A stretch of 64,000 bases of DNA from Thalia democratica (GCA_965202585.1 OZ241829.1:28954001-29018000), one strand, 5' to 3'; numbered from the stretch's first letter, positions 44,440-58,900 are shown. The notes: generated from the letters alone by a model not told the origin. Translations and numbers: made by a program.

Positions 44440-46645
44440 CTGAAAAAACTGTTAGTAGTACAAAAAATATTTCTTTCATTTTATTTATAAGTTTTACTGT
44501 AGGACTTTCCTGCAATATCTTTGTCAACTTAAGAGTTAATTTTTTTAATTAATTTCATTTAATGTAATTTTATGCTATCTATTCTAGATAAATATTGTTA
44601 TTGAAAAAACACTTATAAATAGATTACAACTTGTTTTCTGATTTAACTAATAAATTGGTATAATCTAATAATTTTTTTTAATTATAAAATAACCACTTGT
44701 TTAATTAGTTAACATAGAAAGCCTTTTTTGACTATATTTTGTGTACTAAAACGATAGTGCTTCAAAGACAGACAAGTTCTTCATTATTCTAATTAAAAAA
44801 TTCAAAGTATTTTAACCAAATTTTATTCGCCTTAAAAAACTTTAAACTATTAAAACATAAAGTACTAATCAATCTTATAAAACTATTATTTTTACGTTTC
44901 TGTACGTGCTAAAAACTGAACAAAACTAATTCGTCAAGTATTAAAACCAATGTGGAGCTATATAAAACCGAAAAAAAAACTTAAAATTAATAGTATGCTT
45001 CTTTTACAAAAATAAAACCATCATATTTATTACGTGAAACTAAAGTTTTTCATACTTATGTTTACAACAAAGAAAAAATTTATTTAATCTTTTTTTAAAC
45101 TGTCACTAATTTTACTATACAATGTATGACTTTAATGATTGATTACTAGTACATTAAACTAAGTTTTTGCTTGGAATTTAAGAAAATAATTTTTTTCAAA
45201 GTTTATCTTATACAGTAAGACAGAGTGTTAATGTACTGTTTATGTCTTGTATAAAAATTTAAAAGCTCTTAAGATAAATTACTTACTTAAACTTTATTAG
45301 ATTTGAATAAAATCGTACGCTTCACTAAATCAGAAGCTTTTATTTTTTGACAGATAGTTTTTAACTATTTTGTAATATAAAATGACCTTTGACCATAAAT
45401 TATGTAAAGAAAAGTTTAGAAGGCAAGTTATTGAAAAAATTATCATTTTAAAAGTAGCAGTTTACTGTTAAACAGTTTTGTATTTTTTGTATTTATACAG
45501 TAGTTAGTTTTTTTGTTAAATATAAAAAACACATATGATAATAAGTATTTAGGTTTAAAGTTTTTTAGCCTGTTTCTTATTTATGCGATTAAAAAGTGTC
45601 TAAAGATATTTAAAACTTGTTTTATTCTAAAAAACTACTTAAAATGTGTTTTTTATTGAGTTGAAATGTTTAAATTAATTCATAGTACATTTTATACTTT
45701 AAATGAGCTATGTATTACAAATATACTTCAAAATGAAAACCAAAATAAAACAGAACACTACTATAAAAATTTAGGTCTTCAAACCGATAATTTTCTATGA
45801 AAACTGCCTTAATTTTTGCTAAAAAAAAACAATATGAGATAAATATTAATCTAAAGTACTAATAAAAACCTAAAAACTGTCTAAGAACAAAATAAAAAGC
45901 TCTGCTGAAAGTTTTTACGTTTTGTTAATTTTTATCACCCAAGCCTTAAAACTGTAGCAGTTTTAAATTTCTCTAACTGTTGTTTTTATTGATAAGGGCG
46001 AAAGTTTTTACTGTAAAAACAATTGACGCAGCAACTGAACTTAAAACTAAATCTAAAATTTTGTTTTATTATTTTATCTACAGACTCAAAATGCGCTGCT
46101 TAACAAAAAACTAAAAAATTGTAAAAAAGTGATAAGAAAATATCTGTTTACATGACAAAAAGCTCTAAAACGTGTAAATAAATGTGTATTTTGTGCAATG
46201 CGTACTTGTAAACTTGCCCACTTTTACCAACAGCTTAAAAAAACTCAGTCGGTTTGTTTTGCTCATCAATTCCGATTTACGTTTGTGTTGTGCAATTTTC
46301 TTTTCAACTCATCATGCAGTTTTAAATCCAAAAAGAAGGTTTTGTTTGAAGCGCATGTTTAGTCTGTTTAAGGATAAGGTCGCATGCAATCATAAAAGAA
46401 AATGCCAACAGGTGGTTAGGATTGCAAGTCACAAATGAAACCTGACTTTAACTTCTTTTAATCATCAGATCATGCATGATCAAAGTTTTTATTATTTTTA
46501 TGATAAGTTTTTCTTTTTAAATGTGCAAAAAAGTAATCGGCTTTGAAATAAATTCCCAGCTGTGTAACCCTTAATGATTTTATAAAAACTTGTTTTCAAT
46601 TGTTTGAAAAAGCAGGTTTAAAGTTTAAAACTGTAAAGTTAAAAA

Positions 46646-47056
46646 GTATGGTTACATGACAATTTAAACTTGGACAATTCAAATTCCGACAGTTAAAATT
46701 CTTAGAAAAAATTTCAAAAGGACACAAATCAAAAAGTAATGTATTTTTGAATAAGAAAAAAAATACGTATTTAGGTCTTATTAATACCTACAAGCCATTT
46801 TTTCTTTTTTAAAAAATTTCGAATACAGTTTTAGATATGTTTAAAATAAGTTTTAAAGTTCAATTACTTTAAGTTATTTCTATTTATCTTATAAAGTATT
46901 TAAATTTTTTCATTAAATAAAAAATGGCTTGTAGGTGTTAATAAGACCTACATATATACATATTTTTTTTATTCAAATATGCATAACTTTTTGAGTTGTG
47001 GCCTTTTGAAACTTTTTCCAAGAATTTGAATTGTCCGAATTTGAGTTTTCGTGCAC
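46646..47056. mobile_element. Foldback/MITE-like element with ~150-bp imperfect inverted arms
   Basis: 46646-46802 (..ggacaattcaaatt..aggtcttattaatacctacaagccatttt) is the reverse complement of 46921-47056 (aaaatggcttgtaggtgttaataagacct..ttgaattgtcc..ttttcgtgcacc); the same ttttcgtgcacc end occurs near 33372. Confidence 0.75.
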
Positions 47057-49417
47057 CCAAAAGTATAAATCTACCTAAAACTTAAAATGATAGGTTTGTT
47101 TGTTTTTTCTTAATACTGAGTAAGATTCACAAGTGTCATAAATTTCTTATTGCTTTAAACAATTTTTCAAAGCTTTTTATGACACTAAATAGTAAAAACT
47201 ACTATAGAGAAATAATATAACTAAACTAAAACCTTAAAAGCTGTCAATAAATACTCTAGATGTTCTTTTTTATATTAAACTTACAAACTTTTCGATATTT
47301 GTTGCAAAACTAATGCTGGCTGCTTTAACAAACTAGTCTTTAATTTAAAACACAAATAAAATAAAAATTTCAAAACCATGGTTTATAAATCTTCTTAAGT
47401 AAATAAACAACTTTTTATGTAAACAATGAACAATCTTGCTGCCAAACTTCTTTTAGTTAAAAAAACAGATTTTATAAATAATAAACAATGATTACACAAT
47501 TTTTTATTTACTCAAGTAAAAAACTTTAGTAAATTTATTTGCCGTAATATACAGTGTTTTTCTATACGTTTTGTTACATACAGTTGTAAATAATAGTTAT
47601 AAAACTCTTACTAAAAATATTTCAGATTTTAAAAGTTCAGAGTTATGAAACGAACTGAAACAAAAAACGTTGTCAACTTATTTTGTTAGTTACACCTGTT
47701 TCTAGCAATTAAGATTTTGAACAACTTAAAGCGTTATAAGTTCAAGCAAGTTTAAAATAAATAGCTAAATTATATTTCGTAAATGCTTGAGAGCAATGCA
47801 ACAAAGTCACCTATGAAAAGTATAGTTTTTCGAATTCGATTAATCTACCCAAAAACAAACTATAAAAATCAAAGATACGAGTTTAAATGAAGTACTGAAA
47901 ACAACAGATCTAAGTTGAAAGCCTAAATAGTTTTATCGCAAAAAAAACTAGTACATACACGCTTGCTTTGATTTGCGCACTTAAGCACGCTTTTTAAACG
48001 ACAATACATATTCGTTTTAATGGATTTCGCTTAAAACTAATTGTTGGAAATCACAAAGAACACTAAGTTGGTTTTTCAACTTCTAAGGCGGTTGTTTGAA
48101 AAAGTAAAGCTTTGGATTTATGACAAAGTTCTTAGCTAGCACTTATGTTTAATGAATAAAGTTCCGAAAAATTTGGTATTTTAAATAAAATATAAGTTAG
48201 TTCCTGAAAACTAAAATCAAAGTTTTTAGAACTTATTGGGACGGTAAACAGTTTATAACCAAATAGAAAAGTTAAGCTTTTATGATTTATCGAAATAAAA
48301 AGGTTTGATAAGCCAAAACCTTTTATAGCTTATAAATAATAAGCCTTTTAAACTTGGTCGTATTATTACGTACAAACAAACTTATTAGATATAATTTTTT
48401 AATATAATTTTCAAGTGCAAACAAAGCACTATTTTTCCCTTTATTTCGTTTTTTGAATGTAAAGTAATTAAACTAGTTCCTAAAAAATTAACTATAACTT
48501 TAAAATTTGTTTGACAGTAAAAAGCTTTTAAAGTTTTAGTGTTCTTAGTAAACAAAAGTTGTATTTGAAAACTTTTTTTTCTACTTATAGAAAGAAAAAC
48601 TGTTTAGCTGAATTTATCAACATTTATATTTTATATGCATGGTTAAGTTTCTCAACTTTTTTATGTATAGATATTGGTAAAAAGCGTTGCTTAAAGTTTT
48701 ATGGTACTATTAAGTGAAAAGTAAATATAATTAATTAAAGTAAAAATTTTAACATTTTATTTACACCTCCATAAACTCAATATCTAAATGCCACTAAGAC
48801 ATAAAAAACGACCGTTTCTTTTTTTTGTTTAATGTTTAAGTATTTTCGTTCTGGGCTACTTTCCAAAATCAAATGAGTTATAGCATGCATAGCTATGTTA
48901 GTACTAATTATACACAGTTAAATGTGAAATATTAAGTTATACATTAAACCCTTAAACTGTGTAAAGTCTACAAGTAAAAATTAAAACTTTCCTATAGTAT
49001 GTAATGAAATTACGAGCCTACGATGTACTTATCAGCTAAAAAAGTACTTATTAGATTAATAAGGCTCTTAATTTTAATGATTAATAAGTACTACTGATTT
49101 GTTACAGTTTTATTTATCACATTTTTTGTTAAAAGAAATATTTTTATAATGATTACAACAATTATTCAATTGATTACGGCCTGCAAAAGACATTTTTCTA
49201 TAAGAAGCAACTTTCTGAAGGAAAATTTGACCGAGGCTTACAAAAGGCTGCCGACCTCTGATATAGTTCTACTGTTTATAATAAAAACCAATAAATTATT
49301 CTAAAATGGTAGTTAAATCTATAAAAGCTCTTTTTAAGAAAGCTCATTATGACGTAAGCTGCTAACTTTTTTTAAAAGTTCCTGAATACATTCACACTTA
49401 AAATTAAAAAAGTCAGC

Positions 49418-51899
49418 ATGAAATTGTTCATACTAATCTTATCAGCTTCTATCTTATTTCAATTTGCAAATAGCGAATTTTGCTTTTTATGCCAAAATTG
49501 CAAGCACATGCCACTTGAAACCTCTGAGGCTTTTTGGAAGACCCCTTATTGTGCCGTGGGCTGGGAAGAAGAACATGGGGTGAAAATGTATATGAGGTAA
49601 AGTTTAATTTCTAACAATTTTTTAGTTTTTAAAAATCAGCGTTTATGTATACATTCTGTTTTACAAGCTTATAATAGTGTTTACTACATTTTAAAAAGTT
49701 TAAAGTATGTTGATTGATATAATAAGTAACACACTATCATGTAACAACTTGAAGTTTTGTGGGTAGATATCTTTTAAGTAAATACTTAATGTGTAAATAT
49801 GATATATAAATTTTTTATACTTTCAAAGTTTTTATTTGTTCACTAACTTTTATCTTATAAAAAAATATTTTTGTATATTCAAATTGTTTGTATATCAAGC
49901 ATTAAGTGGTTTTGAAGATATTAATTGATATTTTTTACTGTTGTTGAGAAAGTATTAATTCATATTTACTTCTGTTTACAAAATTAAAAATGTTAAACTT
50001 ATTTTTAAATTAGATATCATTTTTTAACATCTTGGTTTTCTTGGACATTAGTGTATGTAAAGCTGCTTTTTAGATATATGGCAGCACGTAAGGGGAAGCT
50101 GAAGTTTTGCAGATATTCAAAATCCGATATTCGCATTTTTGAACACTTATTCGCTATAAACACGTTTTTGTAAAAAATTAATGGAGCTTTTAATTCTTAT
50201 TCAATTCCAACAAAAATATCTTAAACGATTCGTCTTGCTTTGTAGATATGACATTTTTGGTTTAGATTAAATAAAAACATCAAAAAATTATTATTTTTAG
50301 ACCTAAAAGTTCAACTAGTTTTTTTCTTGTTTATTCTATATAAAACGACTAAGTTTCGTAGAAAATTAATGGAGTTTACAAATCTTATTCAATTTGGATG
50401 AAAAAAATCCTAAACGATTTGTCTTGTTTTGTAGATATGATATTTTTGGTTCAGATTGAATAAAACATCAAAAAAAAAATTTTATAGCGAATAAGTGTTT
50501 AAAAATGCAAGCATCTGATTTTTAGTATCTATGAAACTTCAGCTTCCCGTACGTAAGTGCTCTTTACAAATACAAAAGTTTGCTAGTTTAAAATTATACA
50601 TGTTTACTGGTTTAAAAGTTTTAATAATTTACAAGCTTATTAACAGTGTTTTACAAGAGCAAGAAAAGTGTGAAATAAATAGCTGGTCATAGAATCATTT
50701 CGTTTAAAAAAAAGCTTTTTATTTACAAAAGTCGTTAAGGAAATACAAAATTTTAAAAGGTCACTAGATCTATGTGTATTATAAAATTTTTAATACATAC
50801 ATTCATAATACATAATGTTTAAGTTAAATTGTATCAAACAGAAACTTTTGAAACATTTGAAACTTTTTTTATTATACCATTCACTTCATGCTTTACTCTT
50901 ATGGGCGTTTAAGGAAAACTTAAAAAAAAAGAATTCAAAATAAGTCTTTACTGTTAAAAAAAATGCTGTAGCAAGCTGTGCAAAGTAATTAATACGAACG
51001 TAAACAAAAATTAAGTGACTTAAAACGGTTTTGAGTAAAACTTTAATGAAACTAATACTCAATCAATTTATAGCAGCTGAGTAAACCAGTATTTTTTAAA
51101 CATGTTATAAACTATGGCTTAAAATGTGCATTAAAAATACTTTGAAAATATCAATAAAATGTTCATCGTAAGATAACTATGCCACAGTAAACACAAACTT
51201 TAAAATAAGTTGAACAACTCTCTTTAGCAGGAGATTTTATGCGTAACAACTAAATACATCCAACAAAAAACATTTAACATTTCGGCACTTTTTTTAACTA
51301 ACAGTTTTGTTATTATCAACTAATTGGCACTTAACAACTTTAAAAGAAAACTGAACAGCCTCGCTCTTTTTTAAGCACGGTTTTTATGCAGAACAGTAAA
51401 GCATACTCAAATAAAAACATCTAAACTTTCAACTATTTATTTATATACTTAATATTTTCTAACAGATGGCACTCACATGTACATCCTGATTCGGAAGGAC
51501 ACGTCGGAGGTGTCAGGTGCGGAAAAGGTTAGAAAAATGATTTGAAAAGAAAAAGTTATTATGAAAAAATATAAAACTTGTGCGAAATCTTACTCAATGT
51601 ATTGAAAATTAACGAAGTTTCTTTGATAAACTAATAACAAAAGTCTACTGCGTTTTTTTACGTTCCAAAAAAATTGTTTTGTTCGGATATTGAATTAGCA
51701 AGCATAATTAAAAATTGGCATTTAAATTACATTAATCATCATTAAGCTGTTAGTGTTTGCAAGTTTTTATAAAAGGTGTTTTTAAATTAAATTGCATTTA
51801 ACTTAATAAATGTTCAAATTAACAGGAAAACACGGAATGAATTATTGCTTCAAAACTTGCAAAGGTGAATATTGCAACTGGGGAGCCATTGATTTCTGA
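49418..51899 (+). CDS. Secreted Ly6/uPAR (three-finger)-like protein, 104 aa, 3 exons (49418-49596, 51466-51527, 51826-51899)
   Basis: AG|gtaaag..ctaacag|A, G|gttaga..ttaacag|GA; MKLFILILSASILFQFANS-EFCFLCQNC..YC..RWHSHVHPDSEGHVGGVRCGKGKHGMNYCFKTCKGEYCNWGAIDF*; signal peptide, 8 Cys, C-terminal C-x4-CN as in LU domains, no GPI tail. Confidence 0.8.
50086..50554. mobile_element. MITE with ~75-bp terminal inverted repeats in intron 1 of the LU gene
   Basis: acgtaaggggaagctgaagttt..cacttattcgctataaa (50086-50160) versus tttatagcgaataagtg..aaacttcagcttcccgtacgt (50481-50554); internal ~125-bp direct repeat (about 50173-50295 and 50362-50482). Confidence 0.85.
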
Positions 51900-54800
51900 A
51901 TTGTTTATAATAAAATTGATACTAAATTTGTATACCGATTTCTCGATTGTTTATGATAAAATTGGTATTAATATGATAAAATTGGTATTAAATATGCACA
52001 TTAATTTCTTTAATATTCTTAATAAAAGTAATGTATGAATATTTTATTTATTTTTATATAGAGTTTAAGTAATTACTGTAAAGGTTTACTGTAATTAGCG
52101 CAACATTATGTTTTATAGTAACTGGTGTTATCAATTAATTATAAGTATCAATTATTAGTAAAGTTTAAGTTTTGTTTCAATATATTGAAGGTAGTTATTG
52201 TAGTTAAGTCAGTAAAAAATAATCTTTAAAAGTTTTTTATTTTGTTTAGTTTTAAGGTCGTACAAGCTGGAGACAAAAAAAAGTGTTTTTATTTGTTAGA
52301 AGATAAATTAAATTAGGTTCACAATTTGAGTTTATACACTTTATTGTTATTTGTAACTTCTTTTAAAATCAGCATTATTTTAACCATGACTTTTTTTTCA
52401 AAATTCGCTTGATTTATTTTCTCCTTTTGCTCACCTGAACTCCGAAAGCTCAAGTTTTTACTTGTAAAGAAGCGAGGAAATGTACTCTATTCCAGTATGT
52501 TTGTACAAAGAGTATTTTAAGACTTTTGAACAAATAGGAAATACATTCTAAAGTTAGTTTTATATTTAGTTGCAATGATCAAACAAAAGTAGTATATTTT
52601 ATTTGGTTATGGTAATCGAAAACAGCACTTGGTCTTGAAAACGAATGAAATTGTGGCTTCTTTTGTTTTTGCTTTTGTAATTTTATAAAGTACATAAAGA
52701 ATTTTTGAACAGAAGTATTTATTTCGACGTTTATTTACAAAGAATTTTTGTTTAAAATAGTTAGTAAAACTAAGGAACATGTACAAATGACTTTTTTTCT
52801 AAAGTAAGTTAAGTGAATTACAGTTATTGAATTTTTTTATAACAACATAAGATTTTTAGATCTCCCTAACTACACTTTGAATTTCTAATCTGAAAATAGT
52901 ACATGCATTTTAAAATAGCCTTAATTTAATGGGCAAACCTTAATTTATTATTACGACGGAACCAAGTTTTTCTTTCTTTTTTTCAAAGCTACTCTCTTAC
53001 TTATGAATGGTTGGTGTTTACAAATCGACATTAACAGTCAAAACTATCAGACCTAAACAACCTATACTTAAAAGCACTAAATCTATTTTCTATGAATATA
53101 AAAGAATTAAAATTTAGCTAAACGTGTCAATACAGACGATGTTTTCATAAGTATGTTTTATTAATCGAGTTTTAAACTGAAGTTTTCTAAATTTTTGTTA
53201 AACATTAAGATATAGCTGATTTAAAGTGTAGTTACTCTGAAGTTGTATGCCTTTTTATTTAAATCAAAATACGTTTTTGTTCAAGAGCTTAATTTTGTTA
53301 AGCCGCTGAATTAAATAGCGACCACATACACGTTGTATATTGGTGTTAGCTAAATTTATTGAAAAGTTTAAGGTTCTTTTACATAACGTTGGTAGTATAA
53401 CACATTAGACATTTGGTAAACTTTAGTAAAAATAGTGATTTGATGCATGGTTAGTGGTGTATAATGGTTAACTCATTTGCTCAACTACTAAGCAGAAAGT
53501 TAGTATAGAGTACTTAGCTTAACTCAGCATAGTTAAAGAGAAATGTTTTAACATTAAGCATACAAAAAGTTGATTTTTTTTTCTTTTAAGTGAAAAGTTT
53601 GCTTAATGTTTTCAAGCAAAAACAACTTATAACACAGCAAATGTAATCGATTGCGCTTTTAGTGTGAAACTAATTCAGTTATCCGTCTAAATTTAAATTT
53701 TGCTTAAAATTTTACTACCAGAAAGGCTTTTACAGAACTACTGTATCAAAGTTCAGACTAACAGAAAAAAAAACTTTTTTTACTAGTGTTTAATCATACA
53801 TTTTTATATACTAATAGCTTTTAATTGAAAGTTACTATACCTGCTTTACGTTATTTCTTTCATCCAGATAAAACGTTTTTAATTATGCTATTTATATTTA
53901 GATATAAAGTGAGTGTACATGATTAAAAAGCTTAAGTGAGTAATCTAATGAACTTCGTTTGTTTTTTTTTTGTTTTTTTTTGCTAAAGAAATCTCATCGT
54001 TTTATTTGATTAGCTTTATTTATGTAGAGTTAAAGCCTCTTGTTTTGTTTATATAACATCGTTCTAACTATAAACTAGAATTTGACCGTAAATGTTTGAG
54101 CTTTTTAATTGTAAAAAAAGCTTTTATTTAATTTTTTTTTTTTTTTCAAATTATAATTTATTTATGTAAAGTATTTTTTAAGCAAGCGATTGTAGATTGA
54201 GTTTAAAACAATTAGTTTATTTTTATATCTAAATGATAAATAAACCTATACTTCTTTCAACTTAAAAATAAAGACTATTAAAAAACAAATGTGCTTATTT
54301 GTGCATTTGTAAGCGAATTCGTGTTCATAGCAGTTTATTTGTTTTAAAGGTAAAAGAAACTTTAGTATATTTTAATCAGAAAAAATATGCTTACAATAAA
54401 ACTATTAGTTATCATTAAACATTTTTTACAACTTTTATAGATTAAATAGTGACAAGAAGTTTAAATAATCATTAGGTCAAACAGATTTTCGAAAATTATC
54501 AAGACAAAATACCTTAATATCAAGCTTGACCATATTAAAGAAAGAAATATAGGTTATCAAATCTAAAGATAAGTTTTAACAACTTAAGTAAAAAGAAACT
54601 TCTTCATTTTTAAAATATTTGAATAAAAACTAAAACGGCATTGTTGATGCTTTTATGAAGTTAGGATACCTATACCATATTGAAGTTTTAGCAATAAATT
54701 TTTAAAGAGCTTCACAATTAAGGAGCCTTTATACAATTATGACAAAAGTTAAATTGTTAAAAAGTTTATTACTTAACAATTGTTTCACGCTAGTGCGATG

Positions 54801-55040
54801 ATCACAAGTAAAAAAGTAAACAAACTAATAAGTTGCAACGGACAAACATTTTATATAGTTTTAGATAAGTAATTAGTTGATTAGGTAATTGGTTAACTAA
54901 TTGAATTTTAGTAATATTCAGCAAGAATATAATTCAGCAAGAATTCAGTAATTAATGTAAATATAATTATAACAAAAATTAAACGACAAAACGAAACTAT
55001 ATAATGAAAACAAAGGTAGATTAAACTTAAATTTAGTAAA

Positions 55041-55955
55041 TTAAGACTTTAAATAAAATTTTGTAAAATGTCTACATTTTCCCACCAATTCTGATCTCAA
55101 GTTTAAAAGTTTTTTGTTGTCTGCAAATGCAATTTCGAGTCTTTCCAAATTACATAGGGTGGAAATTTTACTGGGCTTATTTTGGTTATTGCGATGAATA
55201 ATTTCCCATACCTATACCATATGTTAGTGGAGTTACTCATAATTTTATGCTTTTACAACTGCTATTGACTTATATGGAAAAGTTTATTTGAAATTCTTGG
55301 TAACAATCGATTTTGTAACTTAATGTCCAATATTGATTTCTCGTGATTGAAAAAAGTTATATCAAGTAATTTAAAACCTATGCTCTTTATGTAATAAGTA
55401 CTTTATATTGGTTACACCTACACGAAGGTAAACCAATATTAAGTTATTTGTGTTACTTTATCTGATGTTTCATTAACTTTTTTTTTAAATGTATTTAAAA
55501 GAAATAAGAAACAATTATGAGAACAGCTAAATGTTACTTCATTGAAGTTTTCTTTTGACTTCTTTTCAAAGCCTTAAACAACTTTAGCTTTTTTTTTTTG
55601 AAAAATAAGGGAAAGATATTATTTTTTTATCTTCAAACTATTTGTTGTAGTTTCACATAGTTGGAAAAAGTTACATCAAGTAATTGAAAACCTATGCTCT
55701 TTCGCGAAGCAGTTTATTATTTGTTTATTATTTGTTTCACCTTTTGCGAAGATAAACCAATATTAAGGCATTTCATTTACCTTATCTGACGTTCTATTAA
55801 CTTTTTTATGTTTTTCAAAGAAATAAGAAAATTTTTGAGAATAGATAAAAGATACTTTGTTATAGGTTTCTTATAACGATTTAGTTTTCTTTTCAAAGCC
55901 TTAAACAACTTTTTTTTTTAAGTAAAAAAAAGTTATTCTTTTTATCTTCAAACTG
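55041..55955 (-). mobile_element. Decayed Penelope-like retroelement 3' part (GIY-YIG endonuclease C-terminus) with tandem duplication
   Basis: 55041-55211 reads VWEIIHRNNQNKPSKISTLCNLERLEIAFADNKKLLNLRSELVGKCRHFTKFYLKS*, matching the W.I..C.L..E..I..LLN.RSE..KCRH..K pattern I recall for PLE endonucleases; upstream is broken by stops and carries a ~314-bp diverged tandem duplication (55348-55640 / 55662-55955). Confidence 0.7.
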
Positions 55956-58900
55956 TATAATGTGTAATATTAGAGATAGAAAAAATATTTGTTAAAAAGT
56001 ATGTGCAGATTTTGAATAGTATAAGACTCATCACACATAAAATTTTAAACAATATTTAATAAAACAATTAAAAACTTTAGTTTTGTTAGTTTGTTTTATA
56101 CCTTTGTCTGAGTATATTTATTCTGATTTAGATTATTTTTTTTTAAAGACTATCGGAGTAATTTCATAAAATTTATTTGTTGCCTGAGTAAAAAAATCTG
56201 TTATATCATATTTACAAAATTAAAATCATAGAAACAAAAAGTAATATACAAACTTGAGATATTTTTTTTCATAGTTAAACTAAAAATCCGATTCAATAAA
56301 ACGCATTTAGCTTTAGTTATTTAAACCGAGATTTAGAGGAGCTTAAAAAATCACTTAGGCATAACGTTTTCTTGGACTGAATGAAAATTATTTACTATTG
56401 TTCTTCATACAAAAATAAAATATGTATAACGGTTTCGTAAAAACAATATCTTCTGTATATTAAGTTCTTTTCTGTCAGGAATTTTCTTTTGTTCTTTTAT
56501 CTATTTGTTGAACAAAACCAAAATTTGAAAATTTAAACTTAAAAGACATATATCAACACTTTTCTTTATGCATTGAAGAAGAAATAACGTTTAGAAAGCA
56601 GTTTAGTTTAAAAAGATCCTTTCCAAGTTAAGTTGCACAAAAAATTGAAAAAAATATTTGAGAATAACTAGTTATTTAATTTATTAATTTTTTATACCTA
56701 GTTTGTTTCGAATATTGAAAACATGATAAAAAGTATAAAATTGAAAAATTTTACTACAAAAAGTATAAACGTGTTTGTTTTTGTTTTTTTAGTTAGAATA
56801 CTGTAAAACATCAAGCTCATATAGAATAATAATATCAAATTAAAACTTTAAAATATTGTTTTAAGCTAGCTATTGAACAATTGAAAACAGCTTTGTGATG
56901 TTGGTGAATACAACACAATATATCAAATACAATTTTTTTAATTATTTGTTTGATCTTACTCAAGTACAATTGTAAAGAATAAATTTATAAAAACTTTGCT
57001 TTTAGTAGTGAAAAAAAGTAATCTTTTTAATAATTCTTTTTATAAAAGACATAAAAAACTTAAAATATCGATAGGAAACTTCTATTTTTAGCATGTATTG
57101 TTGTCAGTAATAAAACTTAAAGACTCAAATATTAGTTTTGTAAAATAGAAAACACTCTTTCAAAGACTTGTATTTTAAAATAATCAACCTTTTTTACTTC
57201 ATTTATATATTTTTTTGGTGTTTTATTCTTAAAAGTAAGTTTTTGTAAAAGTAAGTTCACAATATTTAAGCAAAAGTTTTCAGTTATAAGTTCAAGAAAA
57301 ATTGTAAGAAAATAAAAAAGAAAATAATTTTACTTCGTTTTATGCTTTCATTTGTTCAAAGAAGCAGACTTAATAAATATTGATTTTCAAAATAAATTGT
57401 ACCATTATAAAAGTAGTAAAAGGAACAAAAGTCTTACATGATATTTAATAGTTTTTCAAAACTTATAAATATTCCTATAGTTTTATTAAAAATTATACTT
57501 AACAACTTAGTCTATATATTTTACGTCAACTAGTATACGTTTATCACATTGAAAACAAGCATTTTCGTATGAGACAAACGTAATTTTAAATAGCATTTTA
57601 CCCAAATCTTTAGCTTGTAAAAAAATGAACGGAATAAAATCTACCAAAGATGTTTTTCAGAAACTTAATTTTTCAGCACATTTTTATAAACTACAATTTG
57701 AAAACTTTTTTAAGTTTTTAAGCATATAATAAAAGGAATGTTATTGTTTCTCACGTGAGATTGTAAGTAATACACATTGAAACAACATATTGTACACGCT
57801 TTGTTCCAATAAGCATTTAAGGTTTTTTATTTATTTGCATTTGACTTAGAAAAACTTTTAGTGTTTATTGGTTCAACTTGAAGTTTATGTTTTTAATAGT
57901 TGCAGAAAATAATATTTAAGGTAATGTAAAGGTGCTGTACGAAAAGTGTAGTCATAAGCATAAAAAAATAAAATCATACAAGATTTCTTATGAGAGGTCG
58001 GGTACTTTACACTATTTGTCACTATTTGTTTAAGTAAATGTACGAGCTGTTGATTTTTGTTTAAAAGAGTTGTTATAAAACTAACAAGCTAAATTTTATG
58101 TTCTTATAAAATAGATAGATTGAGTGAAAAATTTTCAGCTAGTGATAATACTAGCAGCTTCGATAAAAAGTTTTAATGTAAACTAAAGAGTTAAAAAAAG
58201 CTTTTTTTCTTTTGTTTTAAATTTAGAGGAAAGTTGAATATGTGTAGCAATAATTTACAAATTGATTAAAACTTTTCCAATTTGATTTGTTGACTGTGAA
58301 TAATTCACTTAAGAATAAAATAAGGAGTTTAGTTAAAGAGTTACAATTTAAAATAAAAAAGTTTCAAAAAGCCTAACTTTAACTTTTCTTTTATTTTAAG
58401 TTTATAAGATTCATCTATAGGTAGGCTATTTGTAACAAAAAAAATTGACAAAGTAAGTTTTTTTTTTTTCATTTATTTTTATTACTGCGGTCTGTGAACA
58501 ATAGATCACTAAAAAACAGATTTGTGCAGTAAACATAAAAAGTAAACACTTGATATTAAATTTAAACTCTTGTTTAGTGGTTTAAATGTATTTTAAGCAT
58601 GTAGTATAATTGAACTTTGTTTTAAGTATTTTCATAGAAAGTTAAAATTTTAAAGTATGTTATAAAATAAAAAAACATGTGTTTACTATCTATTAAAAGT
58701 TTTTATACACTGTAAACTAATTTCTATGAATGTTACGGCATACTAATTTACATTGCATTAAAATTTTTAATAGGTAGTTGATACATACTTTTTTTATTTT
58801 ATAACATACTTTAGTATTTTTGTCACATGCTTTTAAAACACCGTGTAGAAAATTATTACAGTGTTCTTAATTTATGTACAAAAGTTGTATTTAAGCTTTG

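Noticed and set aside
53449-53520. tRNA A-box-like start (ggttagtggtgtataatggtta)
   Set aside because: No B-box or cloverleaf; at most a decayed SINE head.
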